From positions 1 to 59,683 of IMG/VR virus record IMGVR_UViG_3300046806_000084: 59,683 bases of DNA. One strand, 5' to 3'. Shown here piece after piece: positions 7,010 to 17,207 of this stretch (its first letter is position 1; every line of letters begins with the position of its first letter). The notes under the pieces are model-generated. The model did no database searches, was not told the DNA's origin, and saw nothing but the letters and a program-made list of their open reading frames with translations. Position numbers and translations under genes: made by a program. Origin of the DNA: a virus. Lineage: Duplodnaviria > Caudoviricetes.

Positions 7010-7954
7010 ATGGAAGGCAAAAAAAATCTAGTAGTAACTTGTTCTGGAGGAGAAACCTCTATGACTGTAACGCTTTATTGTTTAAAATATTTAAAAGAAG
7101 AATATGATATACTAGTTGTTTTCGCTAATACTGGTGTTGAAGATAATAAAACTTTAGATTTTTTAAATAAATGTCAGGATCATTTTAAAATACCTATCAA
7201 ATGGATTGAAGCTAAAGTACATCATGGAAAAAGAAAATCTTGTGGATATTTTGAGGTTGATTACAAAACAGCAACAAGGAATAAAGACTGGAGACACAGT
7301 GATAACACTCCTTTTGAAGAGGTTATAAAAAAATATGGATTACCAAATCACTCTCGTCTTCATTGTACAAGAGAATTGAAAATGAATCCTATTAAAGCTT
7401 TCGCAAAAGATTATTTTAAAGGTGAAAAATATACTTTAGCGTTAGGAATTAGAGTCGATGAAATAGATAGAATTAATCCAAATAGAAAAAAGTTAGGTAT
7501 TATTTATCCTTTGGCGCAGCCAGAATATAAACCAATGACAAAAAAGCAAGTAAACTTCTTTTGGGAAACTCAACCTTTTAGATTAGAATTAAAGGGTTAT
7601 GAAGGTAATTGTATAACTTGCTATAAAAAATCTAATAAAAAATTATACAAGTTAGCTCAAGAAAATCCAGAAGCATTTGAATTTTTTGATAAAATGGAGA
7701 AAAAATACGGAAACGTAAATGGTAAAATACCTGAAGTAATTTATGAAGAAATTATTGAAGAAGGATCTTTGTTTCCTTCTCTAAAAAGAAAACTAGAGGT
7801 TTTACCAAAGGATCTGTATAAAAATACTATATTTAGAAATTTCAAAACGGCTAAAGATATATTAATTGAATCTAAAGATTTCGATGTAGATATTTTAAAT
7901 GACAATGAAGAAACTGAAAGTTGTGAAATATTCTCAAATTGTGGAGAACAATAA
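7010..7954 (+). CDS. PAPS-reductase-family (PP-loop) protein, possible DNA modification enzyme
   Basis: SGGETS PP-loop, FANTGVE, CTRELK, GIRVDE, YPL, GNCITCYKK, C-terminal Cys pair. Confidence 0.8.
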   Translation: MEGKKNLVVTCSGGETSMTVTLYCLKYLKEEYDILVVFANTGVEDNKTLDFLNKCQDHFKIPIKWIEAKVHHGKRKSCGYFEVDYKTATRNKDWRHSDNTPFEEVIKKYGLPNHSRLHCTRELKMNPIKAFAKDYFKGEKYTLALGIRVDEIDRINPNRKKLGIIYPLAQPEYKPMTKKQVNFFWETQPFRLELKGYEGNCITCYKKSNKKLYKLAQENPEAFEFFDKMEKKYGNVNGKIPEVIYEEIIEEGSLFPSLKRKLEVLPKDLYKNTIFRNFKTAKDILIESKDFDVDILNDNEETESCEIFSNCGEQ

Positions 7955-7976
7955 ACTAATTAAACAATAAAGAAAT

Positions 7977-10391
7977 ATGACAGTAACGGTATTTAGAAAC
8001 ATTAAGGAGACATCGACACCATTCTACAGGGATGTAAATGTTATCTTCGATCGAATTAGAGAGGGCGCATCTAAAGACCTTGTCAAGAAGATTAGAGCCC
8101 AGAAGGACAAGTCAAAACGCAATGAACTTAAGCAGGAGCTTCCGTCTATATGCTTCTCTGGTAAGTTCAACAAGAGGGCAGACAACTCGCTACTTGAGCA
8201 CAGCGGTTTGATTTGCTTGGACTTCGATAACTTCGAGGACAGAACAAAGCTTAACGACTACAAGAACGAGCTTAAGAAGGATAAGTTTGTGTTCTCGGCT
8301 TTCATCTCTCCTTCTGATGATGGGCTTAAGGTTATCGTTAGAATACCAATCGATCCAGATAACCATGTCAGTTACTTCAACTCACTTGAGAAGCACTTCA
8401 AGTCGCCTTACTTTGACAAGACATCCAAGAATTTATCACGTGTATGCTACGAGTCGTATGACCCAGAGATATACATAAACGACAAGTCTAAGGTGTGGGA
8501 GAAGACAGAGGAGCCTGAGTATAAGGAGGTGGATAAGTTCTCATCCAAGCAGACCATACCAATTACAAACGACAACAAGATTGTTGAGATCCTAATGAAG
8601 TGGTGGGTAAAGAGGTACGGACTTGTGGATGGTGAGCGCAACAACAACACGTACATACTTGCTGCTGCATTTAATGACTACGGTGTAAACAAGTCCTTAG
8701 CTGAGTACGTGATGTCTCAGTTCGCGTCAAGCGACTTCCCACTGTCTGAGATTAAGCAAACGATAGACTCGGCCTACTCGCACACGAATAAGTTCGGTAC
8801 CAAGTACTACGAGGATGAGGAGAAGATAAGCCAGATAAAGCAGAAGATAAAGAGGGGTGCTCCTAAGAAGGATGTAATAGCGGAGTTTACGGACTCTGAT
8901 ATACACGAGAGCGTTATCACTAGCGTAATTGACAGCATTGATGAGCAGGAGTCTAGTAAGAAGTTCTGGTTCAAGAGCGACAAGGGATCCGTGTCAATCA
9001 TACACTTCCTTTTCAAGGAGTTCCTTGAGGATAATGGATTCTTCAAGTTTGTGCCAGAGGGTAGCAAGGACTTCATACTTGTAAGGGTTACCAATAACCT
9101 GATTGAGAACGCATCTGAGACAGAGATCAAGGACTTCGTTCTTGACTACCTAGAGAACATAGACGACATGTCTGTGTACAACTACTTCGCTGACAAGACA
9201 AGGTTCTTCAAGGATGACTTCCTTTCACTTCTGTCTTCTGTTGACGTGTACTTTATAGAGGATACCAAGGACACGGCCTACCTGTACTACAGGAACTGCG
9301 CTGTTAAGGTTACCATGAACGACATTATCATGATTGACTACATGGATCTTGGTGGGTACATCTGGAAGGATCAGATTATAGACAGGGACTTTGACATATG
9401 TGACTCTAATGAGTGTGACTACAAGACGTTCGTTGCCAACATAGCTGGTGATGACGAGCAAAGAATCAAGTCAATGGAGAGCACGATCGGATACCTGATG
9501 CACGGCTACAAGAACCTATCATACTGCCCAGCGGTTATCCTTAATGACGAGGTTATTACAGATAACCCAGAGGGAGGGACTGGTAAGGGGTTGTTTGTCA
9601 ACGGTATATCCAAGATGAAGAAGTTCGCAATGATTGACGGTAAGTCTTTCAACTTCGAAAAGTCATTCGCATACCAGACCGTATCGATTGATACTCAGGT
9701 GCTTTGCTTTGATGACGTTAGGAAGCACTTCGACTTCGAGAGGCTGTTCAGTATTGTTACAGAAGGTCTTACGATAGAGAAGAAGAACAAGGACGCTATC
9801 AAGCTTACGTTCGCTAGATCCCCTAAGGTAGTTATTACTACCAACTACGCCATCAAGGGTAAGGGTAACTCATTCGAAAGACGTAAGTGGGAGCTGGAGT
9901 TTAAGCAGTTCTATACCAAGGAGTTTACTCCACTTGTTGAGTTCGGTAGGTTACTATTCAGCGACTGGGACTTTGATGAGTGGTGCAGGTTTGATAACTA
10001 CATGATAAACAACTTAAAGTCTTACATGAATACTGGGCTTATCAAGAGTACATTTGTTAACCTTAAGGTTCGTAAGTTATCAGCTGAGACGTGTCATGAG
10101 TTCATTGAGTGGTGTGGCCTTATTGAGGGTAGTCAGTCAAGCGACAAGCTTAAGACGGACAAGATCCTATTCAAGAGCGACTTGTACATTGACTTTGTTA
10201 ACGATAACCCAGACTTCGGTCCTAAGGCCAAGATGACAATATCTAGGAACGTATTCTACAAGTGGCTGGTTTCATATGGTAACTTCATAAGCGACATACC
10301 GCCAGTTGAGGGTAGGGATTCAAACGGCAGATGGATCAAGTTTATAACAGATAAAAAAGACAAAGATGTTCGTCAAGAAGAATTATTCTGA
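7977..10391 (+). CDS. Primase-helicase (BT4734/VirE-N primase domain, PriCT, SF3 helicase)
   Basis: KQELP...SGLICLDFD...SPSDDGLK N-terminus; GERNN; Walker A GGTGKG; FDD; ITTN. Confidence 0.88.
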   Translation: MTVTVFRNIKETSTPFYRDVNVIFDRIREGASKDLVKKIRAQKDKSKRNELKQELPSICFSGKFNKRADNSLLEHSGLICLDFDNFEDRTKLNDYKNELKKDKFVFSAFISPSDDGLKVIVRIPIDPDNHVSYFNSLEKHFKSPYFDKTSKNLSRVCYESYDPEIYINDKSKVWEKTEEPEYKEVDKFSSKQTIPITNDNKIVEILMKWWVKRYGLVDGERNNNTYILAAAFNDYGVNKSLAEYVMSQFASSDFPLSEIKQTIDSAYSHTNKFGTKYYEDEEKISQIKQKIKRGAPKKDVIAEFTDSDIHESVITSVIDSIDEQESSKKFWFKSDKGSVSIIHFLFKEFLEDNGFFKFVPEGSKDFILVRVTNNLIENASETEIKDFVLDYLENIDDMSVYNYFADKTRFFKDDFLSLLSSVDVYFIEDTKDTAYLYYRNCAVKVTMNDIIMIDYMDLGGYIWKDQIIDRDFDICDSNECDYKTFVANIAGDDEQRIKSMESTIGYLMHGYKNLSYCPAVILNDEVITDNPEGGTGKGLFVNGISKMKKFAMIDGKSFNFEKSFAYQTVSIDTQVLCFDDVRKHFDFERLFSIVTEGLTIEKKNKDAIKLTFARSPKVVITTNYAIKGKGNSFERRKWELEFKQFYTKEFTPLVEFGRLLFSDWDFDEWCRFDNYMINNLKSYMNTGLIKSTFVNLKVRKLSAETCHEFIEWCGLIEGSQSSDKLKTDKILFKSDLYIDFVNDNPDFGPKAKMTISRNVFYKWLVSYGNFISDIPPVEGRDSNGRWIKFITDKKDKDVRQEELF

Positions 10392-10638
10392 TTTCAAGTG
10401 GTGCATTGATAATGACTGGCAGGTTTATATTAAGCCAGTTGGAGCGAGGTTTAAGATAGCCATCCGTAAGGGTGGCATATCATCCTGTGGTAAGGATTAC
10501 TACTACAACAAGGATACTGGAGAGACGTTTACCTCAGAAGAAAACCTAGGTACTGTAATGTATAAAAAGCAATTAGAAGCTGAGAATAAGTTAGCGGATG
10601 TTTACAATTATTTAAGAAAAAGGTACGAACAAAAATAA
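10366..10638 (+). CDS. Hypothetical protein
   Basis: 90-aa ORF. Confidence 0.75.
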   Translation: MFVKKNYSDFKWCIDNDWQVYIKPVGARFKIAIRKGGISSCGKDYYYNKDTGETFTSEENLGTVMYKKQLEAENKLADVYNYLRKRYEQK

Positions 10639-10644
10639 TAGACC

Positions 10645-11103
10645 ATGAAAAAATACAAATTAATTAAAGAGTACCCAGGTAGTCCTGAGTTGGGAGAAAT
10701 AGCCTGGCCTTATACGAATAACAGAGGCAGGGTTGTGCATTATACTGTAAGGCACCCAGAAAAAGTTTGTGATATTTTAGCAATAGGCAAAACAGTAGTA
10801 GAATATTTCTCTGAGTACTGGGAAGAGGTTAAAGATATTTATTATATGGTCTCTTTAACAGATATGCCTTTTCATAATGCTTGGGAACCTATCAGAGTAG
10901 AGACAATGCCTTTTGATACGGATAGTAAAAAATACTTTGAAACAAAAGAACAAGCTGAAGAATTTATACTTTATAACAAACCTTGTTTAAGCTATAAGGA
11001 TATATCATTTATATCTCGATTTAACGTTAAGTCTAAAGGAGATGTTCTTCTTTTAGAATTTAGTCCTAGTAAATTAATTGAACTTGTAAAGGAAAAGCTA
11101 TGA
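10645..11103 (+). CDS. Hypothetical protein
   Basis: 152-aa ORF beginning MKKYKLIKEYPGSP. Confidence 0.8.
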   Translation: MKKYKLIKEYPGSPELGEIAWPYTNNRGRVVHYTVRHPEKVCDILAIGKTVVEYFSEYWEEVKDIYYMVSLTDMPFHNAWEPIRVETMPFDTDSKKYFETKEQAEEFILYNKPCLSYKDISFISRFNVKSKGDVLLLEFSPSKLIELVKEKL

Positions 11104-11252
11104 AGACTAACTGTATAATATGCAGGCTAGAGCCAAGAAAAAAAGATAGCGATCAATGCAAGAGTTGTTTTGATATAATAAAGAAATATCAAAAAGAACT
11201 CAAGAAAAGATATAATTATTACACAAAAGACTTAAACTGGAATATACTATGA
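11100..11252 (+). CDS. Small CxxC...CxxC protein (not in ORF track)
   Basis: 50 aa MKTNCIIC...QCKSC; ATGA overlaps at both ends. Confidence 0.65.
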   Translation: MKTNCIICRLEPRKKDSDQCKSCFDIIKKYQKELKKRYNYYTKDLNWNIL

Positions 11253-11338
11253 AGTACTTTTTAATTTGGTTAGGGTATGAATTTATAAGACCAAGATTAA
11301 TTTGGTTATTTAATTATTTAGTAAGTAAAGGACAATAG
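11249..11338 (+). CDS. Small hydrophobic peptide (not in ORF track)
   Basis: 29 aa MKYFLIWLGYEF..., fills the operon gap. Confidence 0.55.
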   Translation: MKYFLIWLGYEFIRPRLIWLFNYLVSKGQ

Positions 11339-11340
11339 AT

Positions 11341-11613
11341 ATGAAAGAAGAAACACTTGAAGAAGCTGCTGAAAATTATACAATAAATATTATAAAATCA
11401 GGAAGAAGTCATAGAGTTGAATATACTAAACAAATAAAATTAGATTTTATTGAAGGTGCTAAATGGCAACAAGAAAGAAGTTATAGTGAGGAAGATATGA
11501 TATTTGCTTATGAACAGGGCGCAAGATTAGCCCTCATTAGTCAGTCTCCTTTAGCGCTACATAAGGGAGAGTTTCCAACACCTAAAGAATGGTTTGAAAC
11601 ATTTAAAAAATAA
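11341..11613 (+). CDS. Hypothetical modular protein (ETLEEAA/KWQQE/YSEED/EWFE)
   Basis: 90-aa ORF carrying all modules seen at 1580-2386. Confidence 0.8.
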   Translation: MKEETLEEAAENYTINIIKSGRSHRVEYTKQIKLDFIEGAKWQQERSYSEEDMIFAYEQGARLALISQSPLALHKGEFPTPKEWFETFKK

Positions 11614-11616
11614 GAT

Positions 11617-11838
11617 ATGATGAACATTTTTAAAAAATACAGAGTAAAAGAAGTAAACGGTAGGTTTATACCTCAGCGTAGAACAGGTATTGATTGGGCA
11701 GGTATTGATAGGGACATTATTTTTTTATGGTATCATCCAAATATACAAGAAGAAAGATGCTCTTTTTGCAACTTACAAGATGCCAAAGAACGTTTAGAAA
11801 AATATAAAAAACAAATAACAATGAAATATCATTATTAA
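11617..11838 (+). CDS. Hypothetical protein
   Basis: 73-aa ORF. Confidence 0.75.
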   Translation: MMNIFKKYRVKEVNGRFIPQRRTGIDWAGIDRDIIFLWYHPNIQEERCSFCNLQDAKERLEKYKKQITMKYHY

Positions 11839-11849
11839 AAAATAGATAT

Positions 11850-12017
11850 ATGGAAATAGATGAAGAAAAAATAAACAGAATAGAAGTGATCAACCATGCA
11901 AGTAACGAACATCCAATTGGTAGATTATTAACCTTGTATAAAAAAAGAGGTCACTTTAAAGGATTTGAAATATCTATACAAGATGATGGAGAAACTTTAA
12001 AAATATTTCTAGATTAG
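11850..12017 (+). CDS. Hypothetical protein (not in ORF track)
   Basis: 55 aa MEIDEEKINRIEVINH...QDDGETLKIFLD. Confidence 0.7.
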   Translation: MEIDEEKINRIEVINHASNEHPIGRLLTLYKKRGHFKGFEISIQDDGETLKIFLD

Positions 12018-12217
12018 TGAAACATTTTATTATATTTGCAATAAAATGGATAGCTAGTAACTTATCTATACCATTCTGGATGGTTGGTCACGTACATTTA
12101 ACTGTTAATGTATACGAAGACATACACGAGATAATAGCGTCGTTAGGAATGAATATAATTGTCGCTATAGGTTTTATTATAGAGTATAAACAAAACAAAA
12201 GGGATGCACAAACTTAG
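12017..12217 (+). CDS. Small membrane protein
   Basis: 66 aa, GTG start, hydrophobic segments. Confidence 0.7.
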   Translation: MKHFIIFAIKWIASNLSIPFWMVGHVHLTVNVYEDIHEIIASLGMNIIVAIGFIIEYKQNKRDAQT

Positions 12218-13439
12218 AGGTTATCAGGATGATATAGCTAAAAAAGGTAACAGTATACTAAAGGATTTAGGTATTGTATACTTGGCTATGCAAGTAAGAA
12301 CAGGAAAGACAGCTACCTCAATGGAGATAGCTACGCTTTACGGAGCTAAGAATATCTTGTTTCTAACCAAGAAGAAGGCTATACCATCAATAGAGTCTGA
12401 CTATATTAACTTCGGTTACGACAAGCATTTCGACATAACAATCATGAACGACGAGTCCATGCATAAGCTTAACGGTAAGTATGACCTAGTTATACACGAT
12501 GAGCACCATAGGTTTGGAGCATTTCCTAAGCCAGGTTTAGCCACGAAGACGTTCAAGAAAATGTTCAGTCATCTGCCGATGGTTTTCCTTTCAGGTACGC
12601 CAACTCCTGAATCGTACTCTCAGATATACCATCAGTTCTGGGTTAGTTCAAGGAGTCCTTTTAGATCCTACACCACGTTTTATAAGTGGGCATCAGACTT
12701 TGTTAAGGTGACCCAGAAGCATTTAGGCTACGGTACTATTAATGACTACTCAGACGCTAACATGGACCTGATAAAGAAGCACATAGACAAGTATAAAATA
12801 AACTACACGCAGGTTGACTCTGGATTTAAGTCTAAGATACACGAGGAGATTCTTCATGTGACAATGTCAGACAAGACATACGACTTGTGTCATCAGCTAA
12901 AGAAGGACCTTGTGATTGAGGGTAAGCAGGAGGTTATACTTGCAGACACGTCTGTAAAGTTAATGCAAAAGCTTCATCAAATGTATAGTGGAACCGTTAA
13001 GTTTGAGTCTGGTAAGTCAATGATAATAGATACGTCTAAGGCTGACTTTATAAAGAAAAAGTTTGAGGGTAAAAAGATTGGAATATTCTACAAGTTCATA
13101 GAGGAATACAACGCACTGCTTCAAGTTTTTGGTGCAGAAAACTTGACAAATAACGTCGAAGAGTTTGACTTAACAGATAAAAACATAGCCCTTCAGATTG
13201 TATCAGGTAGGGAAGGTATTAGTTTGAGAAACGCTGATTATTTGGTTTTTTACAACATAGACTTCTCTGCGACATCTTATTTCCAGGCAAAAGATCGGAT
13301 GACGACAATGGACAGGCCAGAGAATAAAGTCTACTGGATCTTCTCAAGGAATGGAATAGAGGACAGCATATACAAGTCAGTAGTAAATAAGAAAAATTAT
13401 ACCCTAACGCACTTTAAAAAAGATTATGGCACTAAATAA
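12204..13439 (+). CDS. SF2 (SNF2-like) helicase
   Basis: LRGYQ, VRTGKT, DEHH, LSGTP, SGREGISL and QAKDR motifs. Confidence 0.88.
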   Translation: MHKLRGYQDDIAKKGNSILKDLGIVYLAMQVRTGKTATSMEIATLYGAKNILFLTKKKAIPSIESDYINFGYDKHFDITIMNDESMHKLNGKYDLVIHDEHHRFGAFPKPGLATKTFKKMFSHLPMVFLSGTPTPESYSQIYHQFWVSSRSPFRSYTTFYKWASDFVKVTQKHLGYGTINDYSDANMDLIKKHIDKYKINYTQVDSGFKSKIHEEILHVTMSDKTYDLCHQLKKDLVIEGKQEVILADTSVKLMQKLHQMYSGTVKFESGKSMIIDTSKADFIKKKFEGKKIGIFYKFIEEYNALLQVFGAENLTNNVEEFDLTDKNIALQIVSGREGISLRNADYLVFYNIDFSATSYFQAKDRMTTMDRPENKVYWIFSRNGIEDSIYKSVVNKKNYTLTHFKKDYGTK

Positions 13440-13821
13440 AATAAAGGATCTGATATACGAACTAGACGAGATAGACGCAGACATAGAAGACCTGGAGATA
13501 TACGCTAGCATGGCTATCGAAAAAAATCTAAAGATAAATGTTGACTTCACGTTTTTTGATGGAGTAAATGAGCAAGAGCAAGAGCAAGATGCGAATCCAG
13601 TATCCTTGCTTAGCAGCTTCTTCTACGCCTCATCCACATCTCCTAATGGTGTTTTAAATAACAATCAGTGGTCAATGGTTAAGACAATAGACCAGTCAAT
13701 GATGCTGAGAATGTTCGGTATTATGATGGATGAGATGACAAAGAAAAGGCAGTCGGTTATTAACAAACTAAAAAGACTAGGTATAAATGAAAGAGCAACA
13801 AATACAATCAAAAAGAATTAA
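13426..13821 (+). CDS. Hypothetical protein
   Basis: 131-aa ORF. Confidence 0.75.
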   Translation: MALNKIKDLIYELDEIDADIEDLEIYASMAIEKNLKINVDFTFFDGVNEQEQEQDANPVSLLSSFFYASSTSPNGVLNNNQWSMVKTIDQSMMLRMFGIMMDEMTKKRQSVINKLKRLGINERATNTIKKN

Positions 13822-14026
13822 GCAGCTAGAAGCCGAGGGATACTACGTTATAAAATTAATAACAGTAAACAAAAAGGGTATTCCCGACATAATAGCTATC
13901 CCTCCAAACTCAGGTGTTTTATTCTCAGAGGTTAAGACACCAACTGGAGTGGTCAGCGAACTACAGAAATTCAGATTAAAGGAACTAGAAGAACACGGAT
14001 GTTTAACAGAAATTTACAGAGGATGA
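13787..14026 (+). CDS. VRR-NUC nuclease
   Basis: EQQIQ...GIPDI...FSEVK...SELQK. Confidence 0.85.
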   Translation: MKEQQIQSKRIKQLEAEGYYVIKLITVNKKGIPDIIAIPPNSGVLFSEVKTPTGVVSELQKFRLKELEEHGCLTEIYRG

Positions 14027-14514
14027 CAATGGATAATAAATTAGAAAGAATTAAAAACCTGATAACAATAGAATCAGGTATTGATATCTCAGATAGATCA
14101 AGAGAGAGGGATGTAGTAGAAATGAGGGCTGTTTACTATAAAATACTTAGAGACGTTCATCGTTTATCCCTAACAAGAATCGCTAGGTCCATAGGTTACA
14201 ACCATGCAACGGTTCTTTATGCGTTAAATAATTATGATGCATGGAGTGCATTTAGCAAAAGCATGGTAACGTGCTACAACAGTGTTAAGGAGATTATATC
14301 TAAAGACGAGAACCAAGACTCTGTTTACGATGACGTTATGGCTTTGAGAAGGAGGATAGAGATGCTTGAGATGTCAAATCAAGAGCTTACAAGAACAATT
14401 ATAAAAAACCTTGGAGGTAAAAGAGAGTCAATTCACAAGCTTCTAATGGATATCCCAGATGAAAAGTTAAGCAAGGCGTACGTCAGAATAGATGCGTTAA
14501 TAAATTGTTTATAA
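14023..14514 (+). CDS. DnaA C-terminal-like HTH DNA-binding protein
   Basis: SRERDVVEMR...SLTRIARSIGYNHATVLYAL resembles the DnaA domain IV signature; start moved to the ATGA overlap. Confidence 0.75.
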   Translation: MTMDNKLERIKNLITIESGIDISDRSRERDVVEMRAVYYKILRDVHRLSLTRIARSIGYNHATVLYALNNYDAWSAFSKSMVTCYNSVKEIISKDENQDSVYDDVMALRRRIEMLEMSNQELTRTIIKNLGGKRESIHKLLMDIPDEKLSKAYVRIDALINCL

Positions 14515-14572
14515 TTTTATTCACACCGTGGTTAATTATTTGATACATTTGTTAGTATAAAATCAAATAAAA

Positions 14573-14731
14573 ATGAGCAACTACGTTAATACTACAATGA
14601 AAGAGATCAATGATCTTACAGATGAAATCTACGAAGGATTGATGGATGCGGAGCACGATGCCGTAACGGAATCTATTACTAAACTACAGCACAAACTTAG
14701 GGACGTGCTACAAACAATCAAGCAAGAATGA
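14573..14731 (+). CDS. Hypothetical protein (not in ORF track)
   Basis: 52 aa, preceded by TACATTTG (14543-14550); ATGA overlap downstream. Confidence 0.7.
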   Translation: MSNYVNTTMKEINDLTDEIYEGLMDAEHDAVTESITKLQHKLRDVLQTIKQE

Positions 14732-15951
14732 AGTACACTGAAAATCAAATTGAAAGAGTAACCGAGCTTGTAAGCAAGGGCGATAAAATAGCCGAAGCTA
14801 CAAGGAAGATGTGCTCAGAATTTAATGTAGAATACACTGATTCAATAAGAAGGAACATGTCAAACCTTTTAAAGAAGGGATTTACTCACACGGTTACAAA
14901 TCAGTACGAGAATGTAAACCCTTTGTCTGCATTAAAAACAGATGGTACCATAATGGACATCGAGGAGTACTGCAACTACTACGGAATACCATTCGAACAA
15001 GCAAGAACATTTAAGCTTGTTACCCACACTGGGACACCATTCTACAACATTGCTTCAAACGTAATCGAGCCATCCGTTAAGGAGCTTGACTTTACATCGT
15101 TCCTGTCCAAGGTAGAGAAGTTTGATTACGAGCCATCACCTTACATCGCTAAAGAAGGACTGTTTGACAGGCTTGTTTACACAGACACGCACGTTGGAAT
15201 GAACATTGATAACTACAGCTTGTATGGTGGCAAGTGGGATGAGTGTGAATTAGAGCACAGGCTAAAAATTCTTTTGAACCACGTTATAGAAAACAGAAAG
15301 TCATCGACGTTAGTTATCGATGAGCTAGGTGATTTCATGGACGGTTATGACGGTTACACCACAAGAGGAGGGCACAAGCTACCTCAGAACATGGACAACC
15401 AGAAGGCTTTTGACGAGGGTGTTTCCTTTAAGATTGCTATGCTGCGTAAGCTAGTTCCTTACTACGAAAAGATTATATGCCACAACGTATGCGAGGATAA
15501 CCACGCAGGAAGCTTTGGGTATATAGTTAATTCTGCATTTAAGGCTCTTTCAGAGGTTATGTTTGACAATGTAGAGGTTATCAACCAGAGGAAGTTTATC
15601 GATCATTATGCGATAAAGAACCACGTATTTATACTGACACACGGTAAGGACTCCAAGAGCTTGAAGTTTGGATTCAAGCCAATCTTAGATAAGATACAGG
15701 AGAACAAGATTGACAACTACATAAAGGAGCACTATCTATTACAGCCTGGCGTTAAGATTGAGTTCAGTAAGGGTGATTCACACCAGTACATAATGAACTA
15801 CTCAACATCACAGAGCTTTAGCTACTGCAATTACCCTGCGTTTAGTCCTAGCTCAGCATGGGTTCAGGTTAACTTTCAGAAGGGAATAAGTGGTTTTTGT
15901 TTCTACAACTACTACAAAGACAGAAAAACATTACATGACTTTATATTTTAA
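14728..15951 (+). CDS. Calcineurin-like metallophosphoesterase
   Basis: DTH, GDFMDG, DNH, THG and GDSH metal-binding motifs. Confidence 0.8.
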   Translation: MKYTENQIERVTELVSKGDKIAEATRKMCSEFNVEYTDSIRRNMSNLLKKGFTHTVTNQYENVNPLSALKTDGTIMDIEEYCNYYGIPFEQARTFKLVTHTGTPFYNIASNVIEPSVKELDFTSFLSKVEKFDYEPSPYIAKEGLFDRLVYTDTHVGMNIDNYSLYGGKWDECELEHRLKILLNHVIENRKSSTLVIDELGDFMDGYDGYTTRGGHKLPQNMDNQKAFDEGVSFKIAMLRKLVPYYEKIICHNVCEDNHAGSFGYIVNSAFKALSEVMFDNVEVINQRKFIDHYAIKNHVFILTHGKDSKSLKFGFKPILDKIQENKIDNYIKEHYLLQPGVKIEFSKGDSHQYIMNYSTSQSFSYCNYPAFSPSSAWVQVNFQKGISGFCFYNYYKDRKTLHDFIF

Positions 15952-15957
15952 AAAAAA

Positions 15958-16104
15958 ATGACGAACACAGAGATAACAGAAATGAAGGAAGAACTTGAAG
16001 AAGTTGAAAACAGATTAAGATGGTTACTAAAGAGGGGCTCAAATGATGAGTCCCTTGTTGACGAAAAGAGATTGTTAGAAAAAAAACTTAGAAAATTATG
16101 CTAG
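15958..16104 (+). CDS. Small coiled-coil protein (not in ORF track)
   Basis: 48-aa ORF filling the operon gap. Confidence 0.65.
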   Translation: MTNTEITEMKEELEEVENRLRWLLKRGSNDESLVDEKRLLEKKLRKLC

Positions 16105-16838
16105 ATATAAAAGTTGTAGACGCAGAAATTGTAAGGCCTGTAAGCTTAATAGGCGTGTCGGGATATATGGGCTCAGGAAAGGATACCGTTGGTGAAATCA
16201 TCAAATACCTTACCAGTCCAGAGGCTATAAGAAAGGGCAGCTTTTCTAAATGTAATGAGATGGGGTATGCTTACGATACAATATGGAGTATAGAAAAGTT
16301 TGCAGCCAAGTTAAAGTTAGTCGCTCAAATACTTACTGGAGTTCCAGCGTATAAGTTTGAGGATCGTAAGTTTAAGGAGTCTGAAATGCCTAGTGAGTGG
16401 AACATCTTAGAGCAATCTGGTAGGTACAAGACAAGTAAACCAATGACATACAGGACATTACTTCAAAGACTAGGTACGGAAGCAATGCGAAACGGGTTGC
16501 ATACTAATGTATGGGTGAATGCCTTGTTTGCTGATTATAAAAATTTCCATACTGATAAGTTCAGTGTAAGACAAGGGCTTGTTAAACCTGAGTATCCTAA
16601 CTGGATTATTACAGACATGAGGTTCCCGAACGAGTTTGACGCTGTAAAGAAAAGAGGAGGTATTACTATTTATGTACATAGACCAGATACGCATTCATTG
16701 CAGTCTATGATTGGAGTTCATGAAAGCGAGACGGCTTTAGATAATCACCAATTTGATTATGCAATAATAAATCACGGAAGTATTGAGGATCTTGTAAAGG
16801 TAGTAAGAGATATTTTAATTAACGAAAGAATAATATAA
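16098..16838 (+). CDS. Deoxynucleoside monophosphate kinase
   Basis: GYMGSGKDT, FAAKLK, RTLLQRLGTE, ITDMRFPNE, HESE. Confidence 0.9.
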   Translation: MLDIKVVDAEIVRPVSLIGVSGYMGSGKDTVGEIIKYLTSPEAIRKGSFSKCNEMGYAYDTIWSIEKFAAKLKLVAQILTGVPAYKFEDRKFKESEMPSEWNILEQSGRYKTSKPMTYRTLLQRLGTEAMRNGLHTNVWVNALFADYKNFHTDKFSVRQGLVKPEYPNWIITDMRFPNEFDAVKKRGGITIYVHRPDTHSLQSMIGVHESETALDNHQFDYAIINHGSIEDLVKVVRDILINERII

Positions 16839-16849
16839 TAATAAAAAAT

Positions 16850-17029
16850 ATGAGTGATATAGCAAAATGCCAGGACGATAAATGTCCTTCAAGAGAATCA
16901 TGTTACAGATACACAGCACCTGCATCAGATTTTTGGCAATCTTATGGTATCTTTAATAGAGAAGAAGACGCTGATAATTGCAATATGTTTTGGAATACTA
17001 AACAAAATAGAGATGAAACTGAAAATTAA
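16850..17029 (+). CDS. Small Cys-rich protein (not in ORF track)
   Basis: 59 aa MSDIAKC...CP...CYRYT...C..FW. Confidence 0.75.
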   Translation: MSDIAKCQDDKCPSRESCYRYTAPASDFWQSYGIFNREEDADNCNMFWNTKQNRDETEN

Positions 17030-17207
17030 ATCAGAAGATTGGAACCACACTTGCGGAGACGGATGTTGTCATACATACGGTAATAGCGTACACATAAATG
17101 GAGAATATGTGACGCTTGGTGATTATCATGACATTGATACCATACTTAAAGATGTACTAGAGCATTTAGGATACGAGGTTGAATTTGAAGAGGTTGATTA
17201 TGCATGA
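17013..17207 (+). CDS. Hypothetical protein (CGDGCC motif)
   Basis: Start moved to the internal ATG. Confidence 0.7.
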   Translation: MKLKIKSEDWNHTCGDGCCHTYGNSVHINGEYVTLGDYHDIDTILKDVLEHLGYEVEFEEVDYA

